Source: Octopus sinensis
Lineage: Eukaryota
Reading direction: 5' to 3'
Length of the DNA stretch: 64,000 nt
Assembly (NCBI RefSeq): GCF_006345805.1
Contig: NC_043003.1
Coordinates: 70,804,001 to 70,868,000, forward strand
The notes beneath the pieces were generated by a model, which saw only the letters and a list, made by a program, of their open reading frames with translations, had not been told where the DNA came from and made no database searches. How positions within the stretch are numbered: the stretch's first letter is position 1; the number at the start of each line of letters is the position of its first letter. Position numbers and translations under genes: made by a program. This document shows positions 1 to 12,161 of the stretch, in pieces.

Positions 1-166
1 ATATATACGATGGGCTTTCAATTTCCTTCTACCAAATCCACTCATAAGGCTTCGGTCGGCCTAAGACTATAGTCGAAGACGCTTGCCCAAAGTGCCACGC
101 AGTGGGACTGAACCAGGAACCATGCGGTTGATAAGCAAGCTACTTACCACACAGACACTCATGCAT
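1..166 (-). mobile_element. SINE family A (provisional), tRNA-like head plus CORE-like domain
   Basis: Reverse complement matches the head at 7735: A-box TGGCTGTGTGG, B-box GGTTCAGTCCC, then CTTGGGCAAG. Confidence 0.85.
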
Positions 167-203
167 CTATATAATTATATCAAGGAAGCTCAGGTGAAAA
201 TGA

Positions 204-301
204 CCTTTCCCCAGCATGCTTGAGGTGCCTATGTATATATTTTAGCTGGAGTCTTTGGTAGTTTTTGAAGGTATTGGCACTTCAAGCATGCTGCAGAAAG
301 G
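204..301. repeat. Short imperfect inverted repeat (26-bp arms)
   Basis: cctttccccagcatgcttgaggtgcc (204-229) is complementary to ggcacttcaagcatgctgcagaaagg (276-301). Confidence 0.75.
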
Positions 302-418
302 TTGTTTTTGCTCGATCTCCCTTGATATAATTATATACATATGTACATTATTATTAATTTCTATAGCATGCTGACTAATTAATAAAAATCATTAACATGA
401 TTTTTATCCTTATATTCT

Positions 419-450
<32 letters not shown>

Positions 451-933
451 GCACTCTGCTTTGTATAACATTATTTGATTAATTCTAGCTTGAATAAGCT
501 TTATGCACATCATTAAATGTTCCGCATACTGTTTTAATTAGAATAATTTTATGTTTCGGAACTGTGAGTGACAAATTTGGTTTTCATATCTTACAAAGCA
601 GAATGAGGTGGAAACAATTTCGTTCCACGATTCAATGTTGTCATTCACAACTGTCCATCCAAAAAATAGTTTTTTCACAGGTCTGCATGGAGAATATTCC
701 TCCAGGATTAACTTTGCATCTACCAAGTTCCAAGGCACTTGAATGTGTTAAATATGACTTTACACAAATATATACCTTTCAATGCTGCTTCGTACGATAT
801 ATATCATATTATATATATTTTTACATGATTTTTTTTACATGTTATGTATGTATAATCATATATTTACATATATAATTTGTCCACATATATATAACATAAA
901 TAGAATTCTTATAATAAACAATATATATGAATA

Positions 934-967
<34 letters not shown>

Positions 968-969
<2 letters not shown>

Positions 970-1362
970 TCATCATCATCGTTTAACATCTGCTTTCCCT
1001 GCTGCCAGATGGCTGTACCAGGCTCCAATTTGATCTAGCAGAGTTTCTACAGATGGATGCCCTTCATAATGCCAACCACTCTAATAGTGTAGTAGGTGCT
1101 TTTATGTGCCACTGGCACGAGGGCTAGTCTGGTGGTACTGGCAATAGCCATGCTCAAATGGTGATTTTTACATGCCACCTGCACAGGAGCCACTCCAGTG
1201 ACACTGGCGACGACCTCGCTCGAATATTTTTTCATGTGCCCCTGGCACAAGTGCCAGTAGGGCGACGCTGGTAACAATCACGCTTGAATGGTGCCTTTTA
1301 CGTACCACCGGCACAGAAGCTAGTTAGCTGCTCTGGCAATGATCACGCTTGGATAGTGCTCT
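968..1362 (-). mobile_element. Non-autonomous retroposon with (CAT)n tail, RTE-like 3' motif and internal ~65-bp tandem array
   Basis: (CAT)n is followed by gtttaacatc...ggatgcccttc, then 4-5 diverged units beginning ggtgcttttatgtgccac (about 1095, 1160, 1226, 1290, 1355). Confidence 0.6.
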
Positions 1363-2673
1363 ATTTCTATACAATTGTTTCTTATAAATGGACCAAGATA
1401 TTCATAAACAATGTTGTAATAGTCAAATTTGCACTCCTCAGTAAGTAATATTTAAAGAAAAATAAAAAGACGTTTAACATATTTGTAGGTTTTTTTTTTC
1501 TTAGTTATCATTTTAAGGGATTTATATATTCATTCTTCCAGTCATGCTTATTTGAATCTAGGCTAAAATATAATAGAACTTGGGTGGGCTAATGTTTAAT
1601 TTGGTTTCCTCTCTATGAAATTTAATATATATATATCGATTTGAAACTCCTAAAGAAAAAAGAAATTTTACTGGTCAAACTGTATTTCTAAGTACATTCG
1701 GAATTACCAAATAAGGAGCTATATGTTATTCCCAATTCATAATTAATATTTCTGAACCGTCAACTCTCATTTCGACTAAGAGTTTAAGTAAATAGGTCGT
1801 TGGTACTAGAATGTGAGAATAATTGATAGTTTATATAGTTTTTTTTTTATTTTAATATTTTTTTAATAAATAATAGATCAATCATTTATAGACAAAAATA
1901 GGTGTTAAATGTCGTAATTAATTATTTAACCACAGCTTGATATATTAAAAAAAGGATTTTACGAAATATATACAATATGAGTAAAGATGTATAAAAGGGA
2001 ACTACTTTTAAATAATAATATAATCAGATATTGAGTTATTTTGTATGTAAGATAAGTTTTATTGTGTTGATGTAGGGGGGAAATAATTGTTCTTTATTTT
2101 TATAGAGAGGAAATCAAAATGAAAATAAAAGATGGTGTGAATTATTTAGTAATGTAGGGGGGCAACAATTCAAATACTTGGATATTCTAAAAATAATATA
2201 TTCATATTTACACAGATGTACATAGATTTGGATATACATTTGTAAATACACGTACACACTGATATAGATATAGGTACACATATACGTATGTGTGTATATA
2301 CTCATAGACTTATATATATATAACAAAGTGAAGTTGTAAGATACAATTTTAAAAGGTGTTTATTCACTTGACTGGTTTCACTTTTTTAGAAAAAGATTGT
2401 CAAAAGTAAAATGTAAAAGCTTTGTAAAAACTTTTTTGTGTTAAATACTGGTTGTCACAAAATATTACAATACATATATACATTCTTTGATAATAATAAG
2501 AAAAATGTTAAAACAGTTTAAGAGGAAAAATCTTGTGAATATATTAAAAAGTTCATTGAAAATATTAGGATTTCATTAAAAATCATGTTTGTTTGGAAGT
2601 ATCTGTATATATACACAGAAAATTTATAAGTTCAAAAAGGTCATATTTTGGTGGTATATATATATATATATAT

Positions 2674-2822
2674 AGGAAGAGTTTACGAAAAAAACAAAAG
2701 ACGAAGACAGGTGGTGTATAAAACAAACAGATGTATTAGTATAACGCTCAGGAATAGAAAAAGTCTTTTACGTTTCGAGTCCATGCTCTTCTACAGAAAG
2801 GGACATAGAAAAAACAAGGAGA
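2674..2822 (-). mobile_element. Family E arm (PLE-like terminal repeat with hammerhead-like motif)
   Basis: Homologous to the left arm of 5594-5970; the minus strand reads CTTT CTGTAGA AGAGCATGGACTC GAAACGTA AAAG. Confidence 0.7.
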
Positions 2823-2987
2823 GAAAAAAAGGGAAGAAAAAAAACAATGGGAGAAAAAATGTGTGTAGTGGCTAACGATCTATCATGGCGACTATTATAT
2901 ATATATATATATACAGGAGATATATTTAGGAGTTTACAAAGAATGTGTGATAAACTGACCTGTTCTACCATTTTTCGTTTTCGACAA

Positions 2988-3065
2988 AAGCCTTGTGAGT
3001 GGATTTCGTACACGGAAACTGAAAGAAGACTGTCGTATATATGTCTATATTTGTGTATGTGCGTA

Positions 3066-3096
<31 letters not shown>

Positions 3097-3278
3097 TTGT
3101 ACCCGCACCATCCCTTGGCAATTGATGTTCCTGTGTTTACGTCCCCATGTCTTCGCGGTTCGGCAAAAGACATCGATAGAATAAGTACTAGGCTTACAAA
3201 GAATAAATCTTGTGGTCGATTTGTTCGACTGAAGGCGGTGTTCCACCATGGCCACTGTCACATGACTGAAACAACGCC
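2988..3278 (+). mobile_element. SINE A, 5'-truncated
   Basis: aagccttgtgagtggattt head end, internal (TA)/(TG) tract, tail ataagtactaggcttacaaagaat...gactgaaac. Confidence 0.85.
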
Positions 3279-3763
3279 AAGTATCTCTGCTAGTATAATA
3301 TAAATGTGTAGACTGAATCCTGTTAGTTACTATACACTTAATACAGCGTCGGTTATGAATGAATAAATGAAATCAATATATACCCTGTTCTAACCGCATA
3401 TATATTTCGTCACTGTGCTGTTTTTACCCGAATGAAACACCAACGTCGCTCTTCAATGAATCAGAAATTAACAACCGTCTGTCAATCAAAGGCTGATATA
3501 CGTCATAACAATATCATAAGCTGTTGATCTGTAGTCCTGGGACAGCTCTCATCGAACAGATGACTTATGATGGAAAGCGTTCAACCCTTTACCATTTTAA
3601 ATTTATATTATATATTTCATTTTTATTTTTTCTGTATGTCCGGAACTACATCATTGAGTGCCTTTTGTTTTCTTTTCTCAGACGCTACAGTGTGATTATC
3701 TGAAAGAGATTTCGCTAATATTTCTCTCAAATCAAACATAAAAAGCTGTCTTGTTGGTTCAAG

Positions 3764-3997
3764 ACCTATTTCTTTATTACCCACAAGGGGCTAAACACAG
3801 AGCGGACAAGCAAGGACAGACATAGGTATTAAGTCGATTACATCGACCCCAGTGCATAACTGGTACTTAATTTATCGACCCCGAAAGGATGAAAGGCAAA
3901 GTCGACCTCGGCGGAATTTGAACTCACAACGTAACGCAGACGAAATACCGCTAAGCATTTCGCCCGGCGTGCTAACGTTTCTGCCATCTCGCCGCCT
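3764..3997 (-). mobile_element. SINE family C (provisional), full length, C1 tail
   Basis: tRNA-like head (B-box GAGTTCAAATTCC), central gtcgactttgcctttcatcctttcggggtcgataaa (resembles Deu/Nin domain), tail ...gtgtttagccccttgtgggtaataaagaaatagg. Confidence 0.85.
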
Positions 3998-4639
3998 TGT
4001 TGGTTCAAGACCGTTGTGGTGCTGCTGATGCCGCTGTTGATATTGGAGTTGTTGTTAACGTAGCTGTTACTGCTGTAGTCGTTACCGCTGTTGTTGTTTT
4101 CTCACTCCGATCAGCTTTCAAGAAGCAGACTTGGGACAAATACATACTTGACATTCCACTTCAAAAAGACCTACAATACAATCAACAAAGCCATTTTGGC
4201 CGTGACCATCCATCTTTTATTGTTTTGCCGACACAGTATGTCCTTTTTCTCAAAACGAAAAAGTGGGGTGATTTGAGGGTGATTTGACCGCTAATTTCTG
4301 CATCTCGAACGGCCAAGTAAGAGAAAAGTAGTAAATTGTATTTGTCTCAGGTTTGACATTATGTAGATGAGACGCAGAGTCAGTAAATTCTTCTTAATAA
4401 AGTATCTTAATAAAGTTTTTAGCAGTAAATTGGTTTATCGTGTTAGGGATTTTATTTCCTGGTTACAGTAAACGACGGTTGAGAGTTCCATAACTTCTTA
4501 CTGGATAATTTCCACTGATGATTTGTTTATGAAGACCAATTGTTTTGTGCAGTACATTAGTTCACTCCCCTCCATCAAATTGACATTGTCTGTACAGTGT
4601 GCCACATGTCACATGTGGAATTGGTGACAGAGTAACAAG

Positions 4640-4747
4640 AAGCGAAGTGTTTTGCTCAAGAATATAATGCATCACCCGGTCCGTGAATCGAACTCACAAT
4701 CGCAAGGTCTCGAGTGTGATACCCAATCTACTCGGCCATGCACCTTC
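4640..4747 (-). mobile_element. SINE family D (provisional) head fragment
   Basis: cttgagcaaaacact and gttcgattc B-box on the minus strand; homologous to 11841-12162. Confidence 0.65.
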
Positions 4748-5170
4748 CCTATGGTTACTGCATGATGATATGGTGACTACAACAAGAGGAAAGCGTTAAT
4801 CAAAATGCTTTTATTTGTTCCAGAACTGGAAGGAAATGAACAAAAATTGTTTAGAGAAGAAGAAAAAAAGATCAAAATAGATTTCAGTAAACTTGAGAAA
4901 ATCAACAACGACAAAAATGGTTGACTACGACATAATTCTTTATTTTGACTTCATTTTTTTCCCTATTTATTTACTTTTATTTTTATCATCGAAACAAAAA
5001 GTGTTTTCAATTGCCTGATCTTTATCCTGTTATTTCTTTAAACTGTCATAGAATTCCCGTCAGGGAAATTTAAGCTAAAGAAATTAATTTGTTAAAAAAC
5101 ATAAGAGAGGAATTAGAGCGATGTTTTAATGTACCAAACTTTTAACATTTTCAAACAACTACGCACGTTA

Positions 5171-5201
<31 letters not shown>

Positions 5202-5593
5202 TACTCACTCTCTCTCTCTTACTCATATTTTCTGTCTTTTTAAACAGATTTATTTCTTTAACCCTATAAAAAGTTTACAACTTGCCCCAAACATGTCACC
5301 ATATACTGAGTTCTTAAATTAGAAATTGCAAGAAAAACGTTCGAAAATAAGTCAGAAGCTTTAACATCATGGAATATACTTAATAACCCGAGCCGACCAA
5401 TGCTTTACGAGTGAATTTGGAAGACGGAAGCTCTGAGGAAGCCTGTCGATGTATGTATGTATGTATGTATGTATGTATGTATGTATGTATGTATGTATGT
5501 ATGTATGTATGTATGTATGTATGTATGTATGTATGTATGTATGTGTGTGTATAATACATGCATACATACATACATATATATATATGTATATAT

Positions 5594-5970
5594 AGTTGAA
5601 ATTTACTGAAAAACAAAAAAACGAAGACAGGTGTATAAACAGCAAACAGGTGTATTAGTTTAACGCTCGGGAAGGCGAGAAAGTCTTTTACGTTTCGAGC
5701 CTACGCTCTTCAACAGAAAGGAACACGATGAAATAAACAGAGAGAGAACAAACAAGCTTTTGGAACAGCCGCCATGATTGACCGCTAGCTCTAAAAGTTT
5801 TTTTATTCTCCCTGTTTATTCTCTCTCTGTTTATTTTCTCGTGTTCCTTTCTGTTGAAGAGCGTAGGCTCGAAACGTAAGACTGTCTCACATTCCCGAGC
5901 GTCAAACTAAAACAACTGTTTGTTGTTTATACACCTGTCTTCGTCTTTTGTTTTTCTGTAAATTTCAACT
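5594..5970. mobile_element. Family E fold-back element (two ~160-170-bp inverted arms), probably Penelope-like-derived
   Basis: agttgaaatttac...cgtttcgagcctacgctcttcaacagaaagg is mirrored by cctttctgttgaagagcgtaggctcgaaacg...gtaaatttcaact; flanked by TA tracts. Confidence 0.8.
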
Positions 5971-6166
5971 ATATATTGCACGCTCACGTGGTCACACCAG
6001 CTTTATCCTGCTTTAACCTCCTACATTCCGGACTTCAACCTGGAATTTCTGCACCTCTCCTCATCTACACACCAGCATTTCACACGGATTACTACTGGAT
6101 ATACTTATGGATTTCACTGGATTATATATATATATATACATACACATATATACATATAGTTGAAAT

Positions 6167-6265
6167 TTACAGAAGAACAAAAGACGAAGACAGGTGTATA
6201 AACAACAAGCAGATGTTTCGAGCCTACGATCTTCAACAGAAAGGAACACAAGAAAATAGAGAGAG
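6167..6265 (-). mobile_element. Family E arm, internally deleted
   Basis: agttgaaatttacagaagaacaaaagacgaagacaggtg...gtttcgagcctacgatcttcaacagaaagg. Confidence 0.7.
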
Positions 6266-6339
6266 AATTTTAAAAAATTATGAATTTAGCGGTCCGGTCA
6301 ATCATATACTTACATACATAGATACATTCACACAGACAC

Positions 6340-6374
6340 AGACACACACGCACACACACACACGCACACACACA

Positions 6375-6420
<46 letters not shown>

Positions 6421-6462
6421 ACACACACACATACACACACACACACACACACTCACACCACA

Positions 6463-6512
<50 letters not shown>
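6340..6512. repeat. (CA)n microsatellite
   Basis: Directly visible. Confidence 0.95.
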
Positions 6513-6514
<2 letters not shown>

Positions 6515-6907
6515 TCTTTTACTTATAGCAGTTTTTTGTTCATTTTGGCAATTTCATGGCAATATCTTTGGGCAGTAATGGTTTTACCGGGTTTTAAGAA
6601 GTTATAGTGAATGAGTCCAGCAGAACACCACCAAATAGTCACCATAACCTTCTTTTTGAAGAGCTCGGATTTAGGGAAGGTTTTCGGTACTTCATTTTGG
6701 TCCAACCACTGCGAAGAACGTTTTTTTATTATTGTATAGAATCCACTTTTCATCGCAAGTTACAGCACAGTCGAGAAATGGATCGGTCTGGTTACGGAGA
6801 AGAAGCAACGAACAAATTTCGTATCTGCGCATTTTCTGATTTTCATTCAAATCGTGTGGTACACATTTGTAGAGCTTTTTTTCCGATTGCTTTTTTGATA
6901 TTCTGAT
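6513..6907 (-). pseudogene. mariner transposase fragment (Hsmar1/cecropia-like), frameshifted
   Basis: Translations (K)CVPHDLNENQKMRR...VTCDEKWILYNN and QWLDQNEVPKTFPK...KKVMVTIWWCSAGLIHYNFLKPGKTIT match the WVPHEL and TCDEKW motifs of mariner DD34D transposases. Confidence 0.92.
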
Positions 6908-6924
6908 TATATATATATTATATA

Positions 6925-7092
6925 TATATACGACGGGCTTCATTTCAGTTTGTCTACCAAATCCACTCACAAGCCTTTGGTCAGCCCGAGTCTATAGTAG
7001 AAGACACTTGCCCAAGCTGCCACGCAGTAGAACCGAGCCCGGAACCACGTGGTTGGGAAGCAAGGTTCTTACCATACACCCACTCCTGCGCC
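6925..7092 (-). mobile_element. SINE A head, inverted relative to the adjacent tail module
   Basis: Reverse complement of ggcgcaggagtgg...gaagcccgtcg, with (TA)n on both sides. Confidence 0.85.
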
Positions 7093-7114
7093 TATATATA
7101 TTATGTGTGTGTGT

Positions 7115-7260
7115 GTGTATTTTTCCCCCAACACTGCTTGACAACCAGTGTTGGTTTGTTTGCCTTCGTAACCTAGCAGTTCTGTAAAAGAGATTAAGTA
7201 CCAGAATTTGAAAAACAAGGACTTCGAAGTGGTGCCCCACGCTGGTATTGAAACAGGTAA
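7115..7260 (+). mobile_element. SINE A tail module, degenerate
   Basis: cactgcttgacaaccagtgttgg...gtaacctagcagttc...gtggtgcccca. Confidence 0.6.
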
Positions 7261-7354
7261 AAGTTAAAGTAAAACTCAAAACACCAAGTATTCTTCCTCT
7301 CTTAAATATTTAACTCTCAAAACTTACATCCGTTTAATATTATCAAGTTAGATA

Positions 7355-7547
7355 AGGCGATGAGATGGTGGAATCGTTAGTACACCGGGCAATATTCTTA
7401 ACGGCATTTCTTCTGTTTTTATGCTCTGAGTTCAAACGCCACCAAGGTCGACTTTGCTTCCGTCCTTTCGGAATTGATAAAATAAGTACCAGTTGGTCAC
7501 AGGGGTGGATGTACCCGACTTAATCCCTCGTACCAAAATTTGAAACT
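7355..7547 (+). mobile_element. SINE C, C2 tail
   Basis: aaggcgatgagatggtggaatcgttag...gagttcaaac...gtcgactttgc...ataagtaccag...accaaaatttgaaac. Confidence 0.75.
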
Positions 7548-7734
7548 GATATTACCAAAATAGCTCCAAGTTCAGTGGAACTTGCGAGTCTTTCCGTTAC
7601 CAGCCAAACAAACCTTTTCTATTTGATAATTTTTTTTTGTTTTTACGTTCTCAGTTCAAATCCCGCCAAGGCTCCAAATTTCTCTGAAAATCTTTGATTT
7701 GTGTGCCTAAGTTACGAGAATATAAATAAATTCA

Positions 7735-7899
7735 TATGCGCAGGAGTGGCTGTGTTATAAGTAGCTTACTTACCAACCACATGGTTCCGGGTTCATTCCC
7801 ACTGCATGGTACCTTGGGCAAGTGTCTTCTACTATAGCCTCAGGCCGACCAAAGCCTTGTGAGTGGATTTGGTAGACGGAAACTGAAAGAAGCCCGTCG

Positions 7900-7931
<32 letters not shown>

Positions 7932-7942
7932 CATACATACAC

Positions 7943-7980
<38 letters not shown>

Positions 7981-8145
7981 GTATTTGTGCGTCTGTGTTT
8001 TCCCCCACAACTTAGTAGTTCGGCAAAAGAGAACGATAGAATAAGTACTAGGCTTACAAAGAATAAGTCCTGGGGTCGATTTGCTTGACTAAAGGCGGTG
8101 CTCCAGTATGGCTACAGTCAAATGACTGAAAGTAAAAGAGTAAAA
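7735..8145 (+). mobile_element. SINE A, full length
   Basis: Head, internal (TA)n(TG)n, and tail ending gactgaaagtaaaagagtaaaaaag. Confidence 0.9.
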
Positions 8146-8149
8146 AAGT

Positions 8150-8655
8150 AGAAGAATCTCTGAGTATCCGACAAAATACCTTCCAGTATTTCATTTCCGA
8201 TTTACGCTCCAAGCGCTCTATCTGTTGCCAACAACTGCTAAAGGCGACATGGAGGACACGGATGAAAGGATTGGTGATAGACACTTTCATTTCCGGCAAA
8301 GGCTTGAGTAACATATTGTCTCCCTTCTACGAAGGAAAATAAGGCTAGAAAGGAAGTGCCTGTCATCGGACAGGTTTGGTAAAAGATGGAGGCAAGTGGT
8401 TCGCGTGCTGGGAATGAATGGTCCTACGTGAGTGCTATCCATGACAAGTTAAACAAAAGGCTCAATGGTGGAACGTTTCTTGCGGGGTCGGAACAGTTCC
8501 CCCACTCCATTGTGTTGTGATTTTGTCTGTCCCTTCATTCGATTTATATTATCATAAATTTTTAACTGCATTTTTGTGTAATAATATCCGATACCCTGAC
8601 CTCGAATTCATTTTTGCACTGTCCCCTCTTTGTTTGGCCCTGTGGCTCGAATAAA
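8150..8655 (+). mobile_element. L1/Tx1-like LINE 3' fragment, diverged
   Basis: Encodes ..ATWRTRMKGLVIDTFISGKGL.., homologous to CVWWTRLKGLETNTFLSG of 57345-57818; 3' end tgtcccctctttgtttggccctgtggctcgaataaa. Confidence 0.7.
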
Positions 8656-8804
8656 ATTCCTTTTCGATTTACGTTCTGATTTCAAGTCCCATCGGGATCA
8701 CCTATACTCTTTACCCACCTGTGGTCAATAAAATGAAATACCAGTCAATTCTAGGGTCGATGTAATAGATTTCTCCCTCTCCCACCCCCACCCGCCCGAG
8801 CCCT

Positions 8805-9095
8805 TAAGGTCGGTTTCCATGGCGTATAAGTGACCGAGATCGCAACATTCTTTCTGAACGGGATGTATTCCGTTGCAGGGTTCGAGGTCAGGAATTTTTA
8901 AGGAGAGGAGAAGAGTCGATTATATAGATCCCCGGTTCATGACTGGTATTTTACGAGTATTTTATCGACCCCGAAGGGATGAAAGGGGAAATTCGACCTC
9001 GGTAGAAGAAATCTAAACTCAGATCGTAAAGAACTGGAAGAGATGCCGTTAAGCATTTTGTCCGACGCGCTAACAACTCCGCCAGCTCGCTGCCT
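8805..9095 (-). mobile_element. SINE C head and central domain with alternative C3 tail
   Basis: Same head and domain as 3764-3997, but the tail is shared with 10372-10688 and 11511-11755 (gaccgagatc, ctgaacggga motifs). Confidence 0.7.
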
Positions 9096-9223
9096 CATAT
9101 AAACTTCTACCCTTTCAAAATTGTGGGTTTTGAATTTGAGATGAATATTATTAGAATGTAGCAACCAAAATGTGTTTTTATAGGTCGCTTCCATAAGCTT
9201 CATATTTCATTTATCTACATCAC

Positions 9224-9257
<34 letters not shown>

Positions 9258-9754
9258 GATGACAACAAAATCAACAATAGAAATCATTGAGAATAAAAGC
9301 CACCAGTGAAGCAAATACTAATTACTGAAGTTCTTATTTCGATGGCGAGACAAATTATAGTTCTGCTAGGAGGTCTTAGACAAGAGGAAATGAGATTGCA
9401 AAATTTTCATGGACATTAGCGACGAAAAATGAAATTAGTGCTGCCAACTGGTAATTGAAACACAATAATCATGACAACTTTCCATGACTAATTTTATTCT
9501 GATCGTTTCGTGGGCTAAAGTATAAGCAATACACGAAGCAACAAATAATTATAGGATAAAATACGTGGTTAAACATATTAAGTTAAAATCTGTCGCGAAT
9601 ATAGTCTCACTATGTCGGAGTTTCTCCCAGTTTCTGTGGTATGGTAATGACTGAGAAGAAAAGGCTCTCCTCCAAAAAGAATCTAATCCGCCGCGAGGTT
9701 ACCCCCACCACAACTTACTGTTGGCTTACGTTTCTGCTGAGTATACTAGACCAG

Positions 9755-9960
9755 ATAAAGTGCGTGGCCCCAGTGGTTAGGGTGTTGCACCCCCGATGGC
9801 AAGATCGGGGTTTCGATTACACTGTGCTCTTGAGCAAAACACTTCACTTCATGTTGTGCCATTCCACTCAGCTGTAAATTATTAATTTACTGCAATAATC
9901 TGGTGTCCTGTTCAGGGAGAATGTTTTGATCTCAGTGGAAACCAGCCTTAAGCCTCGAGA
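9755..9960 (+). mobile_element. SINE D-like, degenerate
   Basis: gtggccccagtggttagg A-box, gtttcgatt B-box, ctcttgagcaaaacactt, cactcagctgtaaa. Confidence 0.65.
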
Positions 9961-10371
9961 CAGTACGGTTCTAGAGACTTGCAACTATATACACTACGGA
10001 AACTTCAAATGAAGAACTTTGCTCCAGGTAATAAACTCACGACCACCAGGCTACATTCCTCCATAGAATAAGTGGTGAAGAAGAGTATTCATCGATAGAT
10101 TGTTTTATGATTTTCCCACCAAGTACACTTTATAACTCCTGATCTAATTCCGGACTGATTATGCATCATCAGCGGAAGTTTGCTCAACATGTGATGTTCC
10201 ATGCTGAGACTAATTTGTCGTTTATAAGGAATCAGGGAATAATTTAATTTATCTTTTAAAGAATCCTATTCCCCTCCCCACCCATAATTCTGTATATTTA
10301 TTTGAAGGCGGCGACCTGTTGTACAAAATGCTTAGCAGCATTTTTACTGGCATTACAGTGAGTAATGCTTT

Positions 10372-10688
10372 GCATTCCCCCACCCCGAGCCTTAGGATCT
10401 TATAAGGCCGTGTTACTCGGGATCTCCTTGTTATATAAATGACCGAGATCACATTCCCTCTGAACGGGACACCGGTCCATTGAAGAGTTCAAGGCCAGTA
10501 GTTTTTGAGGGGAGAGGACGAGTCATTTACAACGACCCCAGTACTTGACTGGTACTCTACTTCATCAATCCTGGAGGAATTAAAAGCGTAGTCGAGCTCT
10601 GAAGAAGAAACTTGAACGTAGAATGTAAAGAGCCGGAATAAATGCCGCTAAGCATTTTGTCCGATATGCCAACGATTCTGCTAGTTTA
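10372..10688 (-). mobile_element. SINE C, C3 tail
   Basis: Homologous along its length to 8805-9095. Confidence 0.7.
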
Positions 10689-10804
10689 CCATTTTCATAT
10701 TTTGATTAGAGGAGTTGATATATACTCTGCTGAATTCTAGCTGAGTCTTATAGCCAATGGAATAACAAGCTTAGGAATTTTAATATTATAATATTACGTT
10801 TAGT

Positions 10805-10887
10805 CCGGGTTCAGTCCTACTGCGTGGCACTTTGGCCAAGTGTCTTCTACTATAGCCTCGGGCCTACCAAAGCCTGTCGTATATATG

Positions 10888-10920
<33 letters not shown>

Positions 10921-10957
10921 ATGTGTGTGTATATGTTTGTGAAAGAAGCCCGTCGTA

Positions 10958-11032
<75 letters not shown>

Positions 11033-11233
11033 ATATGTTTGTGTGTCTGTGTTTGTCCCCCCAACATCGCTTGTTTACGTCCCCGTAACTTAGCGGTTCG
11101 GCAAAAGAGACCGATTGAATAAGTACTAGGCTTACAAAGAATAAGTCCTGGGGTCGATATACTCGACTAAAGGCGGTGCTCCTGTATGGCCGCAGTCAAG
11201 TGACTGAAACAAACGTAAGAGTAAAGAGTAAAG
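10805..11233 (+). mobile_element. SINE A, 5'-truncated, with internal duplication
   Basis: ccgggttcagtcc...ggccaagtgtcttctactatagcc, microsatellite, complete tail. Confidence 0.85.
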
Positions 11234-11510
11234 AGTACTTCACGAGGCATTCTCTGACTCGAAATACGAAACTTACCCGGATGAATTTCAAACTGCACTT
11301 TTTAGTTTCTTTCTCTGTCCCAGACGCTTTTATATCCACTCCCTCGTGACCAACTGCTATGTGCTCACCACTCTATATCATAAATTGAATAGACAAACCA
11401 ACAAATATTTATTACTGTGGAGATGACAAGAAAATAGTAGAAAATAGATGACAAAAAAATAGCGGAAAATAGGAGATGACAAGAAAATAGATTATATTCT
11501 TTGAGTATAT

Positions 11511-11755
11511 AAGGCAGCGAGCTTGAAGAATCGATAGCACGTCAAACAATAATTCTTAGCAATATTTCTTCCTTCTATCGCATCGGCCTCTATAAAATAA
11601 AGTACCAGTCAAGTACTGAGGTCGATGAAATTGACTTGTCTCTCTCTTTTTAAAATTGCTGGTGATGAATCTTGCACTGGACCGTCGTCCTTTTCAAAGG
11701 GAAATCTGATCTCGGTCACTCACTCGCTATGGAAAATATGTAACCCGTTCTAAAA
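11511..11755 (+). mobile_element. SINE C, C3 tail, degenerate
   Basis: aaggcagcgagc...gaatcgatagc head; aaagtaccagtcaagtactgaggtcgat; gatctcggtcac. Confidence 0.6.
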
Positions 11756-11840
11756 GTACTAAAGTTCAAGGAAAAAAAATCATATATAATATATAATACA
11801 CACACACACAGATACATACATACATATACATATACATATG

Positions 11841-12161
11841 GGAGACCCCCGTCGGTCATGACTGACCATGGGATTGCACCTAGAAAGTTACCATCCGAGG
11901 CACAAGTCCGAGCGAGGTTGTTTATGGAAGACCAGCAGTCGCCCATGCATACCAGCCTCCCCTCTCCACGACACCAGTGTTATCCAAGGAAAAGGCAAAG
12001 GCCGATACAGCATGGCACTCATTTCTACAGCTGAGTGAACTGGAGCAACATGAAATAAAGAGTCTTGATCAAGAACACAACACGCAGCTCGGTCCGGGAA
12101 TCGAGCTCACAACCTCAACGTCGTAAGTTTGACGCTCTAGCCACTGAGCCATGCGCCTTCA

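Noticed and set aside
2965-3261. Recurrent [25 protein letters not shown] (also 29240-29566)
   Set aside because: It is the antisense translation of the SINE A tail; recurrence reflects repeat copies.
7735-7810. tRNA genes at SINE heads (also 12090-12162, 48391-48460, 63660-63734)
   Set aside because: A and B boxes are present, but there is no proper acceptor stem and each continues into a multi-copy SINE body.
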